A stretch of 59,647 nucleotides of DNA, the filler included, from Sluysia triapertura (lineage: Eukaryota), in assembly GCA_046118255.1 (NCBI GenBank). It is 4 parts of 4 records of this genome, joined end to end, with 100 filler letters (N's around TTAATTAATTAA, not from the genome) between each part and the next. Parts side by side here need not be neighbours in the genome. Positions count along the whole stretch, not along the records: positions 1 to 16,194 come from JBJNIA010208924.1; 3 more parts are not named here. One strand, written 5' to 3'. The notes under the pieces are model-generated. The model was not told the DNA's origin. It searched no databases and saw only the letters and a list, made by a program, of their open reading frames with translations. The position numbers and the translations under genes are program-made. Shown one piece after another: positions 1 to 16,194 of this stretch; position 1 is the first letter of the stretch, and the number at the start of each line of letters is the position of its first letter.

Positions 1-42
<42 letters not shown>

Positions 43-80
43 TAATAATAATAATGATAATAATGATAATAATAATAATG
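1..80. repeat. (TAA)n microsatellite
   Basis: Direct taa/tga trinucleotide run. Confidence 0.95.
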
Positions 81-125
81 TACAAAAATAATATCTCGAT
101 TTAATGCTAACTTTATATATATTGT

Positions 126-789
126 CAGTGATGAGCTACAGAAGACTCGCGTGGCTCACGCGAGCCCATTGTTAAATTATTCTATGATTTGCGAGCCCCT
201 TGTTCTTGAAAACATATTTAATGTATGTTATCCTTAAACGTGCAATATGGAAGAAATTACGTGTCCATTGACACAAGGAGAAAAGAGAATAAGAACTTTG
301 AATTTTATTTTGAGATTTAGTTGAAAACACACTGACTGGAAAATCCACAACTCCGTGAAAAAAGCCAAGGTCATTATGGAAACATTTACAGTTAGCAGCG
401 CTGAAGCCGAACGATGAATAATATCGTTACAATGAAAAAATCTTCTCTCACTGCTTAAATGAGAAATCTTTGGAAGAATTTTATCCTAAGCTGTACGTTA
501 AATCTTTTTTAGATCTGGATAAATCTAAAAGATGGCAAGACGTAAAGCAAGACATAAAGCAGAAGTGTGACAGCTTCTGGCATAAGTTATAAATATTTTC
601 TTGCGGTATTAGTACTTTTAGTTATTTTTTACCAAATGCCGCATTTTTTCTTTGTCTTATTCTATTGTATTCCTTATTAATATAATATACGTCAGTCGCA
701 GTGACGACACATTGCTAGAGTAATAGTTGATACGATTCTCGAGAAAAAAAGAGCCAGCATCTTGTTAAAAATTTCAAAGGTGACCACTG
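126..789 (+). mobile_element. Deleted hAT DNA transposon
   Basis: Ends CAGTG...CACTG flanked by a near-perfect 8-bp TSD (tatattgt / tatattgc); internal ~370-415 translates VIMETFTVSSAEAER, like the hAT C-terminal dimerisation motif; subterminal palindrome ctcgcgtg-gct-cacgcgag. Confidence 0.75.
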
Positions 790-2253
790 TATATTGCCAA
801 ATAAAAATACAAATGAACTACGATGATTGATATTATTTACAACAATGGTTTTTAAATTTAGTAATTTTATAATATTGTTTTTTAGTAAAATAACCTAAGT
901 ATAGAAGGATAATATATAAGTAATTTATTTTGCTAAATTCTTTAAAATTTTATTTATTGCCATTTTTCTTTTAATACCAAAAAGATAAGAAAGACGAATG
1001 ATGGCAATAAATCGAGATGCACGACTGTATTAATAACATAATAACAATATGAAATTGAAATTGAGTACAATAAACCATTGTTACCATCTGTGTTGTTAGT
1101 TATCAATGAATGAACAATAAGTATAGCTGCTTCTTTATTTATAAATTTTACAATTGATATTTTTTAGAATTTTTAACAATACAATTAATATTTTGATCCA
1201 TGTTCATTTTTGAATCCACATAACAACCTATATTTCGTACTTTTTGCTTCTCATCTAGTGTGTGTCTTACCACCTACAATTAACTTTGTTTCATTTATTT
1301 TGGTATTGTCGCTATTTTTATTATTGAAGATTATAAATTCTGACATTTCTTCATTGATTATTTTCAAGCATTTATTTCCAAACCATTTTATCAATTCAGA
1401 TACTAGTTCTTCTGTTCTTTGAATAGTATTTTCTATGATGCTCTGAAATTATTTACTGATATAGTGCTCAACTTTCAAAATAAATGGAACAGTTTACCAA
1501 AAAGGGTCTAAAATTGTTCGAAATTAACAACCGTCGATCTAATTATTATCTTACTAGTTTTCCCAATTTCAATTATTTGAAGTTGTTTCATTTCTTTTTG
1601 TAATTCTCAAATTTATTTTAGTGTCTTTAATTAAAACTCTTTTAAAATTAAACTTTATGTTGGCGTATTGATATTTGTTTGAACTACCTCTGGATACATT
1701 TTATAATATATTATATAGATTCAATCATATCTTAAGAACCAAGTTTTATTTGAAGAGGGCTGGGAAACCTCCGACAATGTCCAACAATATCCTACTACAA
1801 ACTGAAGATTATATTAACAAGAACACGTGTGAACGGGCTTTCTGAATCAAAACAAAATTACAATGATTCAATTTATATGCAATTGTTAAAAACAGTCCAG
1901 TAGTCCAAGTGCACACAATATTTTGTTGATATACTGAGAAATTCCAGGAACAAAGCAATTCCTAGAGATTTCCGACTTCTTCATTCAAAGATTCTTTACT
2001 GGATGTATTAACAGATCGTACTGTTTGCAGTGGTTAAAGAACCTTAATGATTTAAGAATATCATTACAATTGATATTGCACTTAAAATTGTGATGTTTCT
2101 TTTAAAATATTTTCAGAAAACTACACTCTGTGACAGAGATTTTAAAAAACTCGCGATAGATAAAATAAAAGAAATTATTTATTCGATTTTTCTTCAAAAT
2201 TGATGATTGCATGTATTTATTTCTAAATGAATATTTCAACTTCTTATTTTCAG

Positions 2254-2388
2254 AAGATATTTCGGCGAGAAAGTAGCCATGTACTTCGTGTGGATTGAGT
2301 TTTACACCATCCATCTAATACTTGTATCATTAATCGGCCTCATTTTGTTTATAGTCGATATCTCCTCTTGGGGCTACGACAGCATCAG
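2254..2388 (+). pseudogene. Anoctamin/TMEM16-like exon (isolated fragment, TM1 region)
   Basis: ttttcag| RYFGEKVAMYFVWIEFYTIHLILVSLIGLILF... |gt matches the anoctamin YFGEKIxLYFAWLGxYT motif; no further convincing exons found. Confidence 0.7.
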
Positions 2389-3761
2389 GTTATTGAATTT
2401 GTTGGTGTTGCCGAGGGATTGCATGTGTTAAAATGAATTTCTGCTTTAGTAAGAAGTGATTTATGAAGAAATACTAAAATCAATTGTAAAATCAATAATT
2501 AATAATAGATGTTTATATTGCACTGGTAATATATTATCATTAACTTTCATTAATTTGATAACTTTGTTTAGCATTTTTTAATTTTTAAAATGTTTAAGGC
2601 CGTACGAGAAACATCAACCATAAATATCGAAACATTAATCAAATACTGACAGATTAATATTGTAAAAAGCAGTTATCTGAAGAACAATACCAAATATCAT
2701 TTTCTTCATTCTTAAATTCATTAATTTAATTTCAAATGAATTTTCTGACTTCAATATTCGATTGACCACTTTACTGTCTACTTTCTTCAATATCACGTAG
2801 CACAAAATCGACTCATTCATTAGAATAATGACACTAAATAAAACTAATAGCATAAAAATAAACTTTTGACCAGGTAAGATATGTAAATGTGGATATCGTG
2901 ATTCAACTGCTTATGCAAACTTTTTTGTTGTTTCTTTGTATAAAACCACTCATCATGATATAAAAGTGTTTTTGTAGAAATGTAGATTCTCTACAAATTA
3001 GTGACATGATACGAGATAATACCGATAGTAATTATATCGACTTTTACCATCGTAATTTTTTTATATTCTCATCAATTTTCATATCAATAATTATAATAAA
3101 TATAATAAATATAAAAGCCGAATGTGAAAATTAAAAACAAAATATAACATAAAGCTTGTAGGAAATTAGACGGAACTAATGTAATTCATATTGTTCACTT
3201 TTGGAATTTGATTATCGATGGGCTCTGTCAGACATTGTCAGCCTTTATTAGTAACACCAGATGATCCGATTTTATAAGTGATGAAAAATATGAAAGATCG
3301 GATGGAGTCGATATTAGATATTTGTGATTATCACTTCCGGAATGCTCGTGCTTTAGAAATGCATGGGCATGTTACAATGACGGAGTAATCACGACCACTG
3401 TTCAAAATTAAAATACTTGTTTGAATGTGCCGGAGAGGTCACAAAACTAGAAGATCGTGTCTCGTTTTAGACAAGTGTGCACACTTAAAATGAAATTCTC
3501 TATAAACATTGTATTACAATGCACATAATATTCATTATTGAACATAAAATGCCATATCTCTGAAACATTTGCAATGGACAAATCAATACATATTAAGTAC
3601 AATCGACAAGAAGAAAAAGGAAAAGAACAACAATAGGAATAGTAAAACAGTGACAAAGTAATAATAACTCCATAAAGTATTGAATATTGATAAAGAAATA
3701 ATATTAAAGACATTGCTCCACGAACGTTTTAATACAAAATTTAAAAGTATTGAAGGATCAA

Positions 3762-4890
<1,129 letters not shown>

Positions 4891-7209
4891 GTCTAAAAGC
4901 AAGATGTGGTTATCATTTGTAACTCGTGGTACTCGTGGTACTGTTGCTTTTCAATTTGTGCTACTACATTAAAATTATATATGTAAAAATATCATCCTTA
5001 AAAGTAGGTCACTTATTAATAAAACAAAAATAATGTAAATAATGATTTGTATTAAAAGCTCTTAACGTTATTTAAATAATCAATCAAATTATATTAACCT
5101 AAGCTACACAAATGCTAAATATTTCAATATATTAAAATATTTTATAAAACTCGCCCTCAAAATTATAAATGTAATTACAAAATAAGCAAAATACTAACCA
5201 GGGCTACAAAATTCAATAAAATAAAACTTAACACTAAAAAATTACTTATTAAATTTCACAAATTAATAGTAACTATTCTTTAAAATGTAGTCTATAATAA
5301 TATTCCCCCAAACTGAAAATTCCCCAAAATATATTATCAATAAAGAATATTACACTTTTCTAAATAAAAACAATTAAATTATATATATTAAAAACTAAAT
5401 CTGAAATTAAAATAACTGGGTGAACTAAAAATTATGTTACGTCTTATATCAAAATGTCATAAAAATATTATTAATAATAATTGCAATTCCTAAAATTCTT
5501 ATCGCAATAATAAATTCTTTTTATTAATATTAATCAAATGATGAAAATAATAATAATTAACACTTTAATATATTTTAAATAATTACAAAGAAAACTCAAG
5601 CTACAAAATGACACTTAACCACAACATAAAATTTTTAACAATTACCAAATAGAAATTAATTCTTAAATTATAAATAGCGAACTTAGGATCTCAATACCCT
5701 ACAAAGGTCTTTGGAACTCCAAGGTGTTCTTCGGTTTCAAAATGATTATAAACATTTTACTGTTCATTATTTTTGCTCTAGGAATATTTAATTATGTTTA
5801 TATTATAATATTTCAGATATTTTATATTACTTTTTGGGAATTGAAGAATACCTTGGAGTACTAAAGAGACTACTGAGGTAGTTTGAGATGGATTTGGAAA
5901 AAGTTTTGAAGGTTTATATCTTTGAACTTATAAACCTTCAGACCATTTAAGATCTAATATTTCAAATATTTGAGAAATGAAATTATTGTTACTAACATTA
6001 AGGATAAATTTGATACATAAATATGATACATACATAACATTTCGAAGGTTTAGTTATTCTCGAAAGTGTTTTATGTGATTTATGAAATTCATAAGGAATT
6101 CTGTTATCAAATTTAAAGCCGAATTAATATAAATACAAATGATTATATTTTAATGGAGAAATTGACCTAATTGACTGTCAATTTTATAATAAAAGAAACA
6201 TTAAATTAATCTAACAATGTTCTGGAACGCTTGTTTAGTAATTATTTTTCTGAAATCTACTGTTTGATCTTTGATACCATAACAATGTTTAATTGAATAA
6301 AAATTATTAAAACCTATTTATATATAGATTCTGTTGATTCTAATAATTATTAAAGAGTAACAGAATAAAGACAAAGTATGAAAGGATATACTTAAAAATT
6401 TTAATTCCAAAAAAGTGCACAGAATATACAAGTAAATTTTTTGTTATTTTATTTTATTAATTTGCAGAAAACTTAAATATGAATTTTTGGACAAAATTAG
6501 ATTAAGAATTTTATTAATATTATATTAATTAGAATTGGATTTTCAGGAAGTTCCCTACCCACATTATTGAAGTCAGTTAACATTTGACGTTTTGGAAAAA
6601 AATTACTTCGAATTATTCACTTAGGCTATTTTTAGTACTAACATTGTAAATCAATCAATTGTAATTTTTCTTGTTAGCTGATTCACTCTTCGTTATGGAA
6701 GGGTTGATACATATTATTTTATTCACACTTTTAGAATTTAATAGAATTGTTTTGTTGATATGTTGCAGAAAATTTTTATTATAATTATTCTTAAAATCTC
6801 TTATTCCTTGTTTAGCAATAAATAATAACACTAATAATAAAATAAAATAATTTATGTTGTACTAATACTCAAAATAGCTTAAATTAAATCATTCACTATG
6901 ATATTTCTGAAAAAGAAAGAAATTAGCCTTTTTCTTAAATATTTTATAATCTTCCAGTAATTTGACATTCTCTGATAACTGATAGTATATTTTTCAAACA
7001 TAAATGGCATACAATCTATCACCTAGCTTGTTATCATTGTGGATTCTGTCTCAATGAAATATTATATTCATCTTGGTTTCCAATTTTTTATTATTTCTAA
7101 AAGATATTATTATTTATTGTTAGCATACTTATAAATGTTCATTCAAATATCAAACTTTAACAATAAATCAAAAGAAAACACTTAAATTTGTTGTGAAGGG
7201 AATTTTCCT

Positions 7210-7210
<1 letters not shown>

Positions 7211-7277
<67 letters not shown>
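7211..7277. repeat. (TAA)n microsatellite
   Basis: Perfect taa run. Confidence 0.95.
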
Positions 7278-7278
<1 letters not shown>

Positions 7279-7512
7279 TAAATGATAAATTAAATAGTAC
7301 AAAATGATGTATTAATTAATATTCATATTGTTATTAATTAAGTTACCTTATTACATTACCTTATTACATTAGTACATTTCGTAGTACCAAATTAAAAATA
7401 TTATTGGTCAGTGAAATTAGTAATAATAAAAATTGGCACAAAAGTTAAAAACTAATAAGTGCTTTTTCACAATTATTATTTTATCAATTTGTGAAGAAAA
7501 AAGTTAACATGT

Positions 7513-7683
7513 AAAAACTTAGTAGTTGTTGATGATAGAGCTTGTGGTAAAACGTGTTTATTGAAAATGATGATAGAGCTTGTGCTAAAATGTGTTTATT
7601 GATAGTGTTTAATGAAGATGATAAGTCTGTGGTAAAACGCATTTATTTATAGTGATCAATTTCCCGACGTTTATGTTCCAACT
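7513..7683 (+). pseudogene. RhoA-like small GTPase N-terminal fragment with a triplicated P-loop segment
   Basis: KNLVVVDDRACGKTCLL (Rho KKLVIVGDGACGKTCLL), two further diverged copies, then DQFPDVYVPT. Confidence 0.8.
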
Positions 7684-10600
7684 TATAAAAATGATAAGAA
7701 ATGATGAAAAAGCAAAACAGGATGAGGCCAAAATGACTCGATGCGAAATTGGTTAATTTGGAATAATTTCGATAGTTTTGGTGATGGCTACATTGAAGAT
7801 ATTGATTTTGATGACTTCCTGATACAGCCTAAATTGATGATCAGAAGTGATGCCGAATTTATAATGAGCAATTCTCCAGAAATGTTGCAAATAAAACTGG
7901 AAAATTGTTGTGAAAGTATTAAAGAAAAGAGTAAAATTATTTATATTCCTAAATTTCTGTTGTTACAAATTTTTGAATTACATGTATTTACAATTTTAAA
8001 ATAAATACTAAAATTGTAAGCCCAAGAAATTTAAAGCACTGTTATAAATATAGAGTTAGATTTTTATAATCGGTATTAAAAATGAAAGGTTTCAATGAAA
8101 ATTTAATTACTAGATCTAAAATTTAAATTTACATTTAAATATTTACAAATTTGATTAATATTAAAAAGACATAATTTGTTGAAAATTTATTTAAACAATT
8201 CATAAAAGGGACAAAAAAATTTTCTTCATAGTTTCTTGAACGTGCTATTTTTCCTGTTTCTACGAATTTTGTTAATAAAATAATACCATCATAAAAATGA
8301 AAATCTAGATTATAAAAATTTCCAATGAACATAAAATTTACTTTATTAATGTCTTCGTTAACAAAATATAACAATGGGGACAGTTTCTCATCATAATTTA
8401 CAGGGATCAGCACAATCTGATTCAATCCGTGTGCGTATGTGCAAAAATCGGCATATCTCGAACATTGATGCTGTAGTTTGATATGGACAAACTGCATGCT
8501 TACTAAAATTCAAGTTCTTTAAATATAAAATAGTTGATTTGGTCAATGGATAAAAGAAATACCAAACTCGAATTGATTATGTTTCGAACATCAACACAAG
8601 TGTTCATAATATTCTTTGAAATATTTGTAGATGATTTAGACTCAATTTAATAGATTTCATGTTTATCCGTTTTCAACGTGAATAATAGGGAATTTTTGAA
8701 GATGAAGATTTAATTGAAATATCTCGTAAATTTAATAAATCATTGACTTTAGTAACAATTTGGAAATCTAAATATATGTTTAAATTTGGAAAATATGAAC
8801 TAATTTGATGATTTCTAAATCTTAATGAGCACTTTCTATTAATTATGGAATATACAATAAAATTGATTAAAAAGGATTATAAATAATTATCAAAAATTTT
8901 CCGCTTTATTGAAACAATGTGTTTTTGATTGTTGATTTATATAAATGAATGCAAACAATATTTTTAAAAGTTACATCAAAACAATAATTAATAATTGGTA
9001 TGTTAAACTAAAAATTGTATTTTTTAAAACATGTTTTATATTTGCTCGTCCAATCACATTATTAAACATAGATCAATTGGCTTCAAATATGTACATCAAA
9101 TCGATCAACTGGCCAATGAAATTTATTACAGAGTTGACTAAAATTTGGATTAATGATGACTGTCAGTAATGACAGTATCGATGCGCTTATTCAATTAAAA
9201 ATTAAAATTGCTGTCTAAACTTTAAATGGAATTTTAATTAATGGTGATGGTAATGAAAATATGATAATGAATAAATTGAAATAAAAGCATAATTATAATA
9301 ATTATAATTATAATTATAATAAAATTAATGATAATAAAATAAGATAAATAATAATAATAATAAGATACAATAAATAATAATAATAAAAATGTAACAAATA
9401 ATAATAAAATAATTAAATTAAAAACGCATAAAGAAAACATAAAATTCTTTTTTTGTATCTTTTATTTCTTAAAATATAAAATAAAAATGAATAACATAAA
9501 CTAAAATGCACAAAGTTCTTGACACCTTTTCTTTATAATTAATATCTTTTAAAATTCTGAAAAATGTTTATTGAAGAAGGTTACGTGTTGTGGTGAAATT
9601 GTATAAATGAGAACGAGAAAGAGTAATAATAAAATGAAGAAAAGAGAAGTTAGTAACGTTAAAACTGTTAAATGAAATTCCATTTTATTTAAGATTTTGA
9701 AATAATTTTGAAATATGAATTTAATGATCTTTGATGTTATGTATGGTTTTAATGTTACTAAATTGTAAACTTAAATATTTTGTTGTATTTATATGTTTTA
9801 ATATTTTTTGAAGAAATAAAGATGAAATATTAGTGAAATGTGATTTTTTTATAGAGAATCAATTTAAAATTTTGAGTAAAAAGGTTGGCCACCACAATAA
9901 AAATCGATTTTAATAAAGTTAAGTATCAAAAACCAGTATTCCGGTTAAAATAAATCTGAGCCGGAGTTAAATAGCTAATATTATATTATATAAAAGAATG
10001 TGTATAAATTCAAAAAGTCAAACACTAAAAACGTTAATATGAATACTTATGAAGAAACATAATAAATGATGATGTTGAAAAATTAAGCACTATATAATAA
10101 GTTAATCTTAATGAGGCTTATGTGTAAAGTATGAGTAAATATTAATCAAACCTTCTCCCTTTAGAAATGTGCTTCATCTAGAATTAAATCATCCTGACAA
10201 TAATACAATAAACATAAGATACTTTCAAGATGGCTCAATATATGCTCGAGCCATTCTGATTCAAATTCAAAGTAATTTAACATTAACGATTCAGCTCATT
10301 AACACTTTATGCCTAAAATACACTTCAAAATTAATCACATCATCTATAAATAAACATAAAAACAAAATTNNNNNNNNNNNNNNNNNNNNNNNNNNNNNNN
10401 NNNNNNNNNNNNNNNNNNNNNNNNNNNNNNNNNNNNNNNNNNNNNNNNNNNNNNNNNNNNNNNNNNNNNNNNNNNNNNNNNNNNNNNNNNNNNNNNNNNN
10501 NNNTAATAATTTTAATAACAAAATAAATTTTGGCAAAAAGGTGCTTAAATTCATTTAATGAAAATTTAATGGTGTGACTATAAATAGGTATATAAATTTG

Positions 10601-13124
10601 TTTAAAATTTATATTTGTTTGAAGTGTGTTATAAGAATTCAAAAGTACATAAAGTACATTTATATTCGAAAGTAAAATAATAAATTCTGAAGTAAAACAC
10701 ATATTTACTTTAATATTTCGTTGTTTTTACAATTTTGAGTAAGAAAATTAATTTTCATTTACTTTTTCGGCTCTTCATTATTCAATTAATCACTGATGTA
10801 AGATTAGTAGTAAAAATAATAGATTACTTATCGCAGAAGTTTTATGATGGTTGTCATTTTTAACGAATTCTACGATCTTTAATTAATCAGTCGATAATTA
10901 AAGATTGAAAAAGATATTTAATATTCAAAACTAATATAAACAGAACCGAATATAATTGATAATGGTGTAATAATTAATATGATAAATATATTGTTATTCA
11001 TTGAAAAATTATCGCTAATATTGCTAGAAATAACTTGTTTTCACATTATTTTGTGGATTAATTATACTGATTGGGATCAAACTACAGTATTATTGAATTG
11101 AATTGCGTTTCACATTGTATGTGGAAGTACTTATTACTCTCTAAATTCTAAAAAAGCATATAAAATGGACAAATATTAAATAATTGTTTGAGTTCTTATT
11201 TAATGATTTGTCTAAATTTATCCAATTGTAGAACTAAGGATTGTTTGATTTCATTTGAACTTTCATCTTCAACATCAAATATTAACAAATATTAAATTTG
11301 TTAATATTTAATTTTTACGAAAGTTTAGAATTATGTAAAGTTTACGAATAATTTTAAAGTAAACAAGATTAATTGATTATTGACAAGCATAAATTAATTT
11401 TAAAGTTTCATTAATCTAATGTAACTGGAGAAATAGAGTTAATATAATAATGGTGATAAATAATGTTTTTCATTAATATCGAGCAATTGAATTGTTTGTT
11501 TATTATTATTGATATTAATCTTATTAGGCAAAATTACTTTAAGTTAGTCTTTATAAAATCTTTGAAGGTTACAGTGATGGTAGTGCATCTAATTTTACGA
11601 ATTTAAAATTTTAAACTTTTTTTTCGGTTTAGTAATAAAAAGAAAGAATTAATTAAAACAAAAGTTTAGTAACCACCACTGTGTATATGTATATATTGAA
11701 ATAAGGTAGAACAATGCGTAACTCGGTTTTTAATTTACTTAAATTAGTAGTAAAAATTTTATCTTTTAATAAGTTGGTTGTCTGTACTTATTAAAGCTAC
11801 TTTAGTGGTTTGAATATTATATTAATTTATCCAGTTTATGACAGTGATGTATTTTAAGCTTAGTATGTTATATATCAATAACTTAATTGTAGTCACAAAA
11901 AACCTGGTAAATATTTGCTAATTCGAATATATTTATATTAATTAATAAGTCTTCAATAACTAATCAATATTGTATTATTCGCCTAATTTATTGGTCATTA
12001 TTAATTTATTGTACTATTTATAGAGTATGACACATTATAATTGTTAGTTTAATACAAAATTATAATTACAAAAGCCTATCGCGTGTTACTGACAAATTAT
12101 GTATTTGAAAGAATTTTGTGCAATCAATAAAAGAAATTATAGAGTGAGTTTACCGATGATCTTAGACTTACGTGTTAGGGCTAGTCCGCAGGATTTTTAA
12201 AGAATAATGATGGAGTTCAATTGTGTTTTGGCAAACGATTTGACAATTAGGAACAGATTTTCCCTAGTAATTTTACTTAATTCTTAATTACTTTATTATT
12301 ATAAAAATTTCTCAAGAGAGATGCTATATAAAAGTTATGCTACAACAAAATCTAATATAAGACTGACTAGTAATCTATAAGTTCTGAATCCATTTTTAAA
12401 TGCGAGTTTAATAAAAAATGATTTTGTGTACGGTTCCTTTTTAAATAGAACCAAAAACGAAAGTTTTATTTTTCAACTCTATATGCTAAATACTCGATCT
12501 TAGAATGAGATTTAAACTACAAATTATGAATATTTTATTATTGATCTATTGTAAAAAGATCAAGAAAATTGTACTTTAAATATTATGACATTTAATTACA
12601 AACCTTAAAAAGAACTTGTTCTTAAAATACAATCATTCCATTTAATTAACGCAATAATACCAAAATTAATAATCTGTACAGTTGATATTTTATAGTTTTA
12701 AGGAATAAGAATTTATTTGAATTATTATACAATTATTATTATATATATAATATGTATTATACTATATACTATATATTATTATATATTACAATGGTTAAAT
12801 TTAAACGGTTAATTAATTCAAAAAATTTTTAAGTGTATTTTGATTCACGATTGTTACAAACGTGGATTATACCAGAAATTGACAAAAGATTGAATTAGTA
12901 TTGTAGTTAGTTCAAATGGAATTTGGAATTTGTTTTCAAATTGTTTCGATTATTTCAATTTGATCAGAATCTGCTTGTTCATAACTTTAAATTTTGAAAT
13001 ACTCTTAAATTAAATTATATTAAATTAAATTTTATTGTGAGATTAGTAGCTGCGAACTGGTATTTATTAACATTGCAGAAAGGTCATTGACTAAAAATTA
13101 AAATAATTTAAAAACAGTTCAATT

Positions 13125-13450
13125 AAAGCAAGAATAGAATTCAAATTCATGAAAATAGTTTACAAATGCTTACATTACCGAAGTCCCGGGTATCTTTTAG
13201 AAATAATAAAAAGTATGGAAACTAAGATGAATATTTCATTGAGACATCATAATCTATACAGAATCCACAATCATAGCAAGCTAGGTAGTAGGTTGTATAC
13301 AATACAACCAGTTATCATAGAATGCCAAATTACTGAAATATTATGGAATATTTAAGAAAAAGGTAAAGTTCTTTCTGTTTCAAAAATAGTATAGTGAATG
13401 ATTTATTTAAGCGCTTTTAAGTATATGAGCGCCATATAAATTAATATATT
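13125..13450 (+). mobile_element. 3' end of an L2/CR1-like non-LTR retrotransposon
   Basis: RIEFKFMKIVYKCLHYRSPGYLLEII..LR..LGSRLY..FKKK.KFFLF, then a short 3' UTR (agcgctttt..atataaatt); homologous to 40845-41195. Confidence 0.75.
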
Positions 13451-13567
13451 AAATTTTTTTAATATTAAAATTTTTATAATTTTAATTTGATTCTAATTTA
13501 AATTTTATTTTAATTCAAATAATTTAATTCCAAAACATAAAATTACACAAAAATACAAAAATTAATA

Positions 13568-13973
13568 CCGTATTTTCCGGACGATAAGCCGCACCATTAA
13601 AATACAAAAGCTAAGATACTGGTCCCTGTATTAAATAAATCTACTTAGAAATACTCTACTGGTGGCTCTGAGAAATATAATATTTCCCAAATTAAATTAA
13701 GTTAAGTAGTAATGATATATTAAAAAGAACACTTTAACATATCAGTAAACAAGTATAAATATAACCTGTTTTAAATAAAATTTAACTAAATTAATAACCA
13801 ATGATAATAGAATAGGACTTTGCATTAAAAATGACATTTTTTATTTATTAGAGTCAGGAATTTTTGAGGATTTTAAACATCAACGTATATGCCGCATCGG
13901 ACTATAAGCCGCACCCCCTAAATTATGACCCTTTTTAAGTTTTTTGGTGCGGCTTATAGTCCGGAAAATATGG
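13568..13973. mobile_element. pogo/Tc1-mariner-type MITE
   Basis: TIRs ccgtattttccggacgataagccgcacc / ggtgcggcttatagtccggaaaatatgg with TA on both sides; internal extra ggactataagccgcacc copy near 13899. Confidence 0.85.
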
Positions 13974-14107
13974 TATTATTATTTATAAAATTAATGAATA
14001 ATGTTTGAGTTGTATTGAGTTTGTTATATAATTTATGAGTTAAGAAACCATTGCCCGATGAACGACAATTGTATTTGAAATATAATAAAAATAAAATGAA
14101 TTAAAAT

Positions 14108-14520
14108 TTAAAGTGTGAAAAACGTTGCGTAAGAAAATGTAAAATTATGATGTTTTTCATTACTTTTTAAAATTTTATTGGGAATAAAATTGTACATTGT
14201 GTAGTGGACCACCACAATTTGGTTTTTATTAATATTAAAATAATAAATATTACGAGGTTGTTTAGTTCTTTCAAGAATTTCTTTTAATTCTTCGTGAATT
14301 TGAAAATTTTCATGTTTCGCTTCCATTATTCGATCTTCTAATTCTGAATTAATTGCCTAAAAAATTATTTAATCGAATAACTAAGTCGTAATTTTAATTA
14401 TACTCTTAAGCGGCCATTTTCAGCTTGAAAGTGTCCTAATATCCATTCAGTTTTTTCTTTTAGACATTCTGTATTTTCAACTGGTTTTGGTGAACCGAGT
14501 CTTCGAAGAATTTCATTTAC
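14108..14520 (-). CDS. Two exons (14520-14404; 14356 to 14108 or an earlier donor) of an unidentified coiled-coil protein
   Basis: ag|VNEILRRLGSPKPVENTECLKEKTEWILGHFQAENGRLR|gt, 47-nt phase-0 intron, ag|AINSELEDRIMEAKHENFQIHEELKEILERTKQPR; frame preserved across the intron; upstream exons not found. Confidence 0.5.
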
Positions 14521-15096
14521 CTTAATTTATTATGTTATCAAAAAATGAAAATTATTAAGTTTATTAAAGATTAATTTATTTCGCTTGACTTGTGCACAAA
14601 TGAATTTTCAAATAGTAAAATTGAATAAAAAAGAAATTTTTAAAGTCATATTATTTATGTTGAATATTCACATAATTCTTGTATTTGAAGCTAGTAAAAT
14701 AAAGAATACATACTTTTAAAATGAATGTAATCCATAAAACATATTTTAAATAACACTTATTTCATATTTAATTTTTCAAGGTCGGACATATTTCTTTTCT
14801 TTATTAAACGTTAAAACAATATATGTTTGAACAATATGTAAATCTAGTAATATACATTTCGGTCAAGTGTTAAACTTCAAGATTTTTTATATTAAATATA
14901 AATTACAATGTTTTTCAGCTGTACTAGCAATACTAGCAATAAAAGACAAATAAAAATTGTTTTGACGCAATGTACGAAAGGTATTCATTGATCAAGTTGT
15001 CACATTTTTGATTGGTTAATGTTTACATTAACATTGATTTGGATTCATAGTATATTCCAGTATTGTATATCTTGACAAATAATATACAAGGTTTAA

Positions 15097-15245
15097 CCTT
15101 ACAGTACGCAATTTAATTTCAAAATATTAATAATTATTATTATTTTATTATAAAGTAGATGTCATTAACAACGCACAAGTTGTATATGCTTTTGTATATA
15201 GTAAAATCCTGTTAATGTGCATATGCAACAATGAGCACTGTAGGG
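15097..15245. mobile_element. piggyBac-type MITE
   Basis: TTAA on both sides; imperfect TIRs ccttacagtacgca / tgagcactgtaggg. Confidence 0.6.
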
Positions 15246-16194
15246 TTAAAATTCAATAAATTGAATTCAAATATAGTATTGCAAGAATTTTACTATGAAA
15301 GAGTTAAACTTATTACAAAATATCTGGAAGTCTTGTTCGCCTAATAAGTATTAATTCGGAAGGCGTCTTATAAGGATTTTTGTTAGATGCTTAAGATGTT
15401 ATGTTAAATGGCTACTTATACTAATCTAGTCATTTAGGCTGTACAGTGTAAATATAATTATGAATTCGAGTTATTTTATTATGTAGATTGAACTAGCCGT
15501 TATTATTAAACAATATTGAGCTAGCCTTTAAGGTTTAGCGAAAATATATTTTAGTGTATATTAAAATTACAAATTTAATAATAATACAAATATAATAATA
15601 ATAATATACAGCATAAACAGTGCTTAAAGGATATAATCCCTTAGTACTTTGTAAATTTAAATTGAAATCCCTAGCCATTAAATTCTAGGACTAAATACTT
15701 ATGATTTTCGAGAGATTTTGGTTCTCTTATATTAAAATGACAACATAAGAAACCTATAAAATAACCTTACTTTGGAATTGATAATAGCTCCGACAGTTTA
15801 AGTTGTCGTAAATCGTTAATAAAAATTATTTTATTGTCATGGCGTCCAAACATCACCATCTATTGTGTAATTTGGGCAGTTGTAATGATTGTTTTTATCA
15901 TTAATTAAATTAAACAAAATTGTAAAATTAACTTATTTTATTAATCATTTTAATAATTTTATTTGAAAATATTTGCAAAAACTAAAACATTAAATTATTT
16001 TTTATTTTAATCTTATTTTATAAATTAAAACATTAATTAAAATTTATTTACAATTAAAAATTGAATTAATTAATTAATGAAATTTTATTTACAATTAAAA
16101 CATTAAATAAATTAAACTTTATTTACAATTATGGTTTTTTATAACACGGTTTCTCAACCGTTGGGTCGCGTTAAATTTTTTATGGGTCGCGTAC

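Noticed and set aside
1060-1445. Exon-like open frames on the minus strand (SIIENTIQRTEELV..)
   Set aside because: No recognisable homology or consistent gene model.
9234-9440. Hydrophobic ORF and similar I/F/L/N/K-rich short ORFs across the window
   Set aside because: Products of degenerate (TAA)n or low-complexity sequence, or of N gaps.
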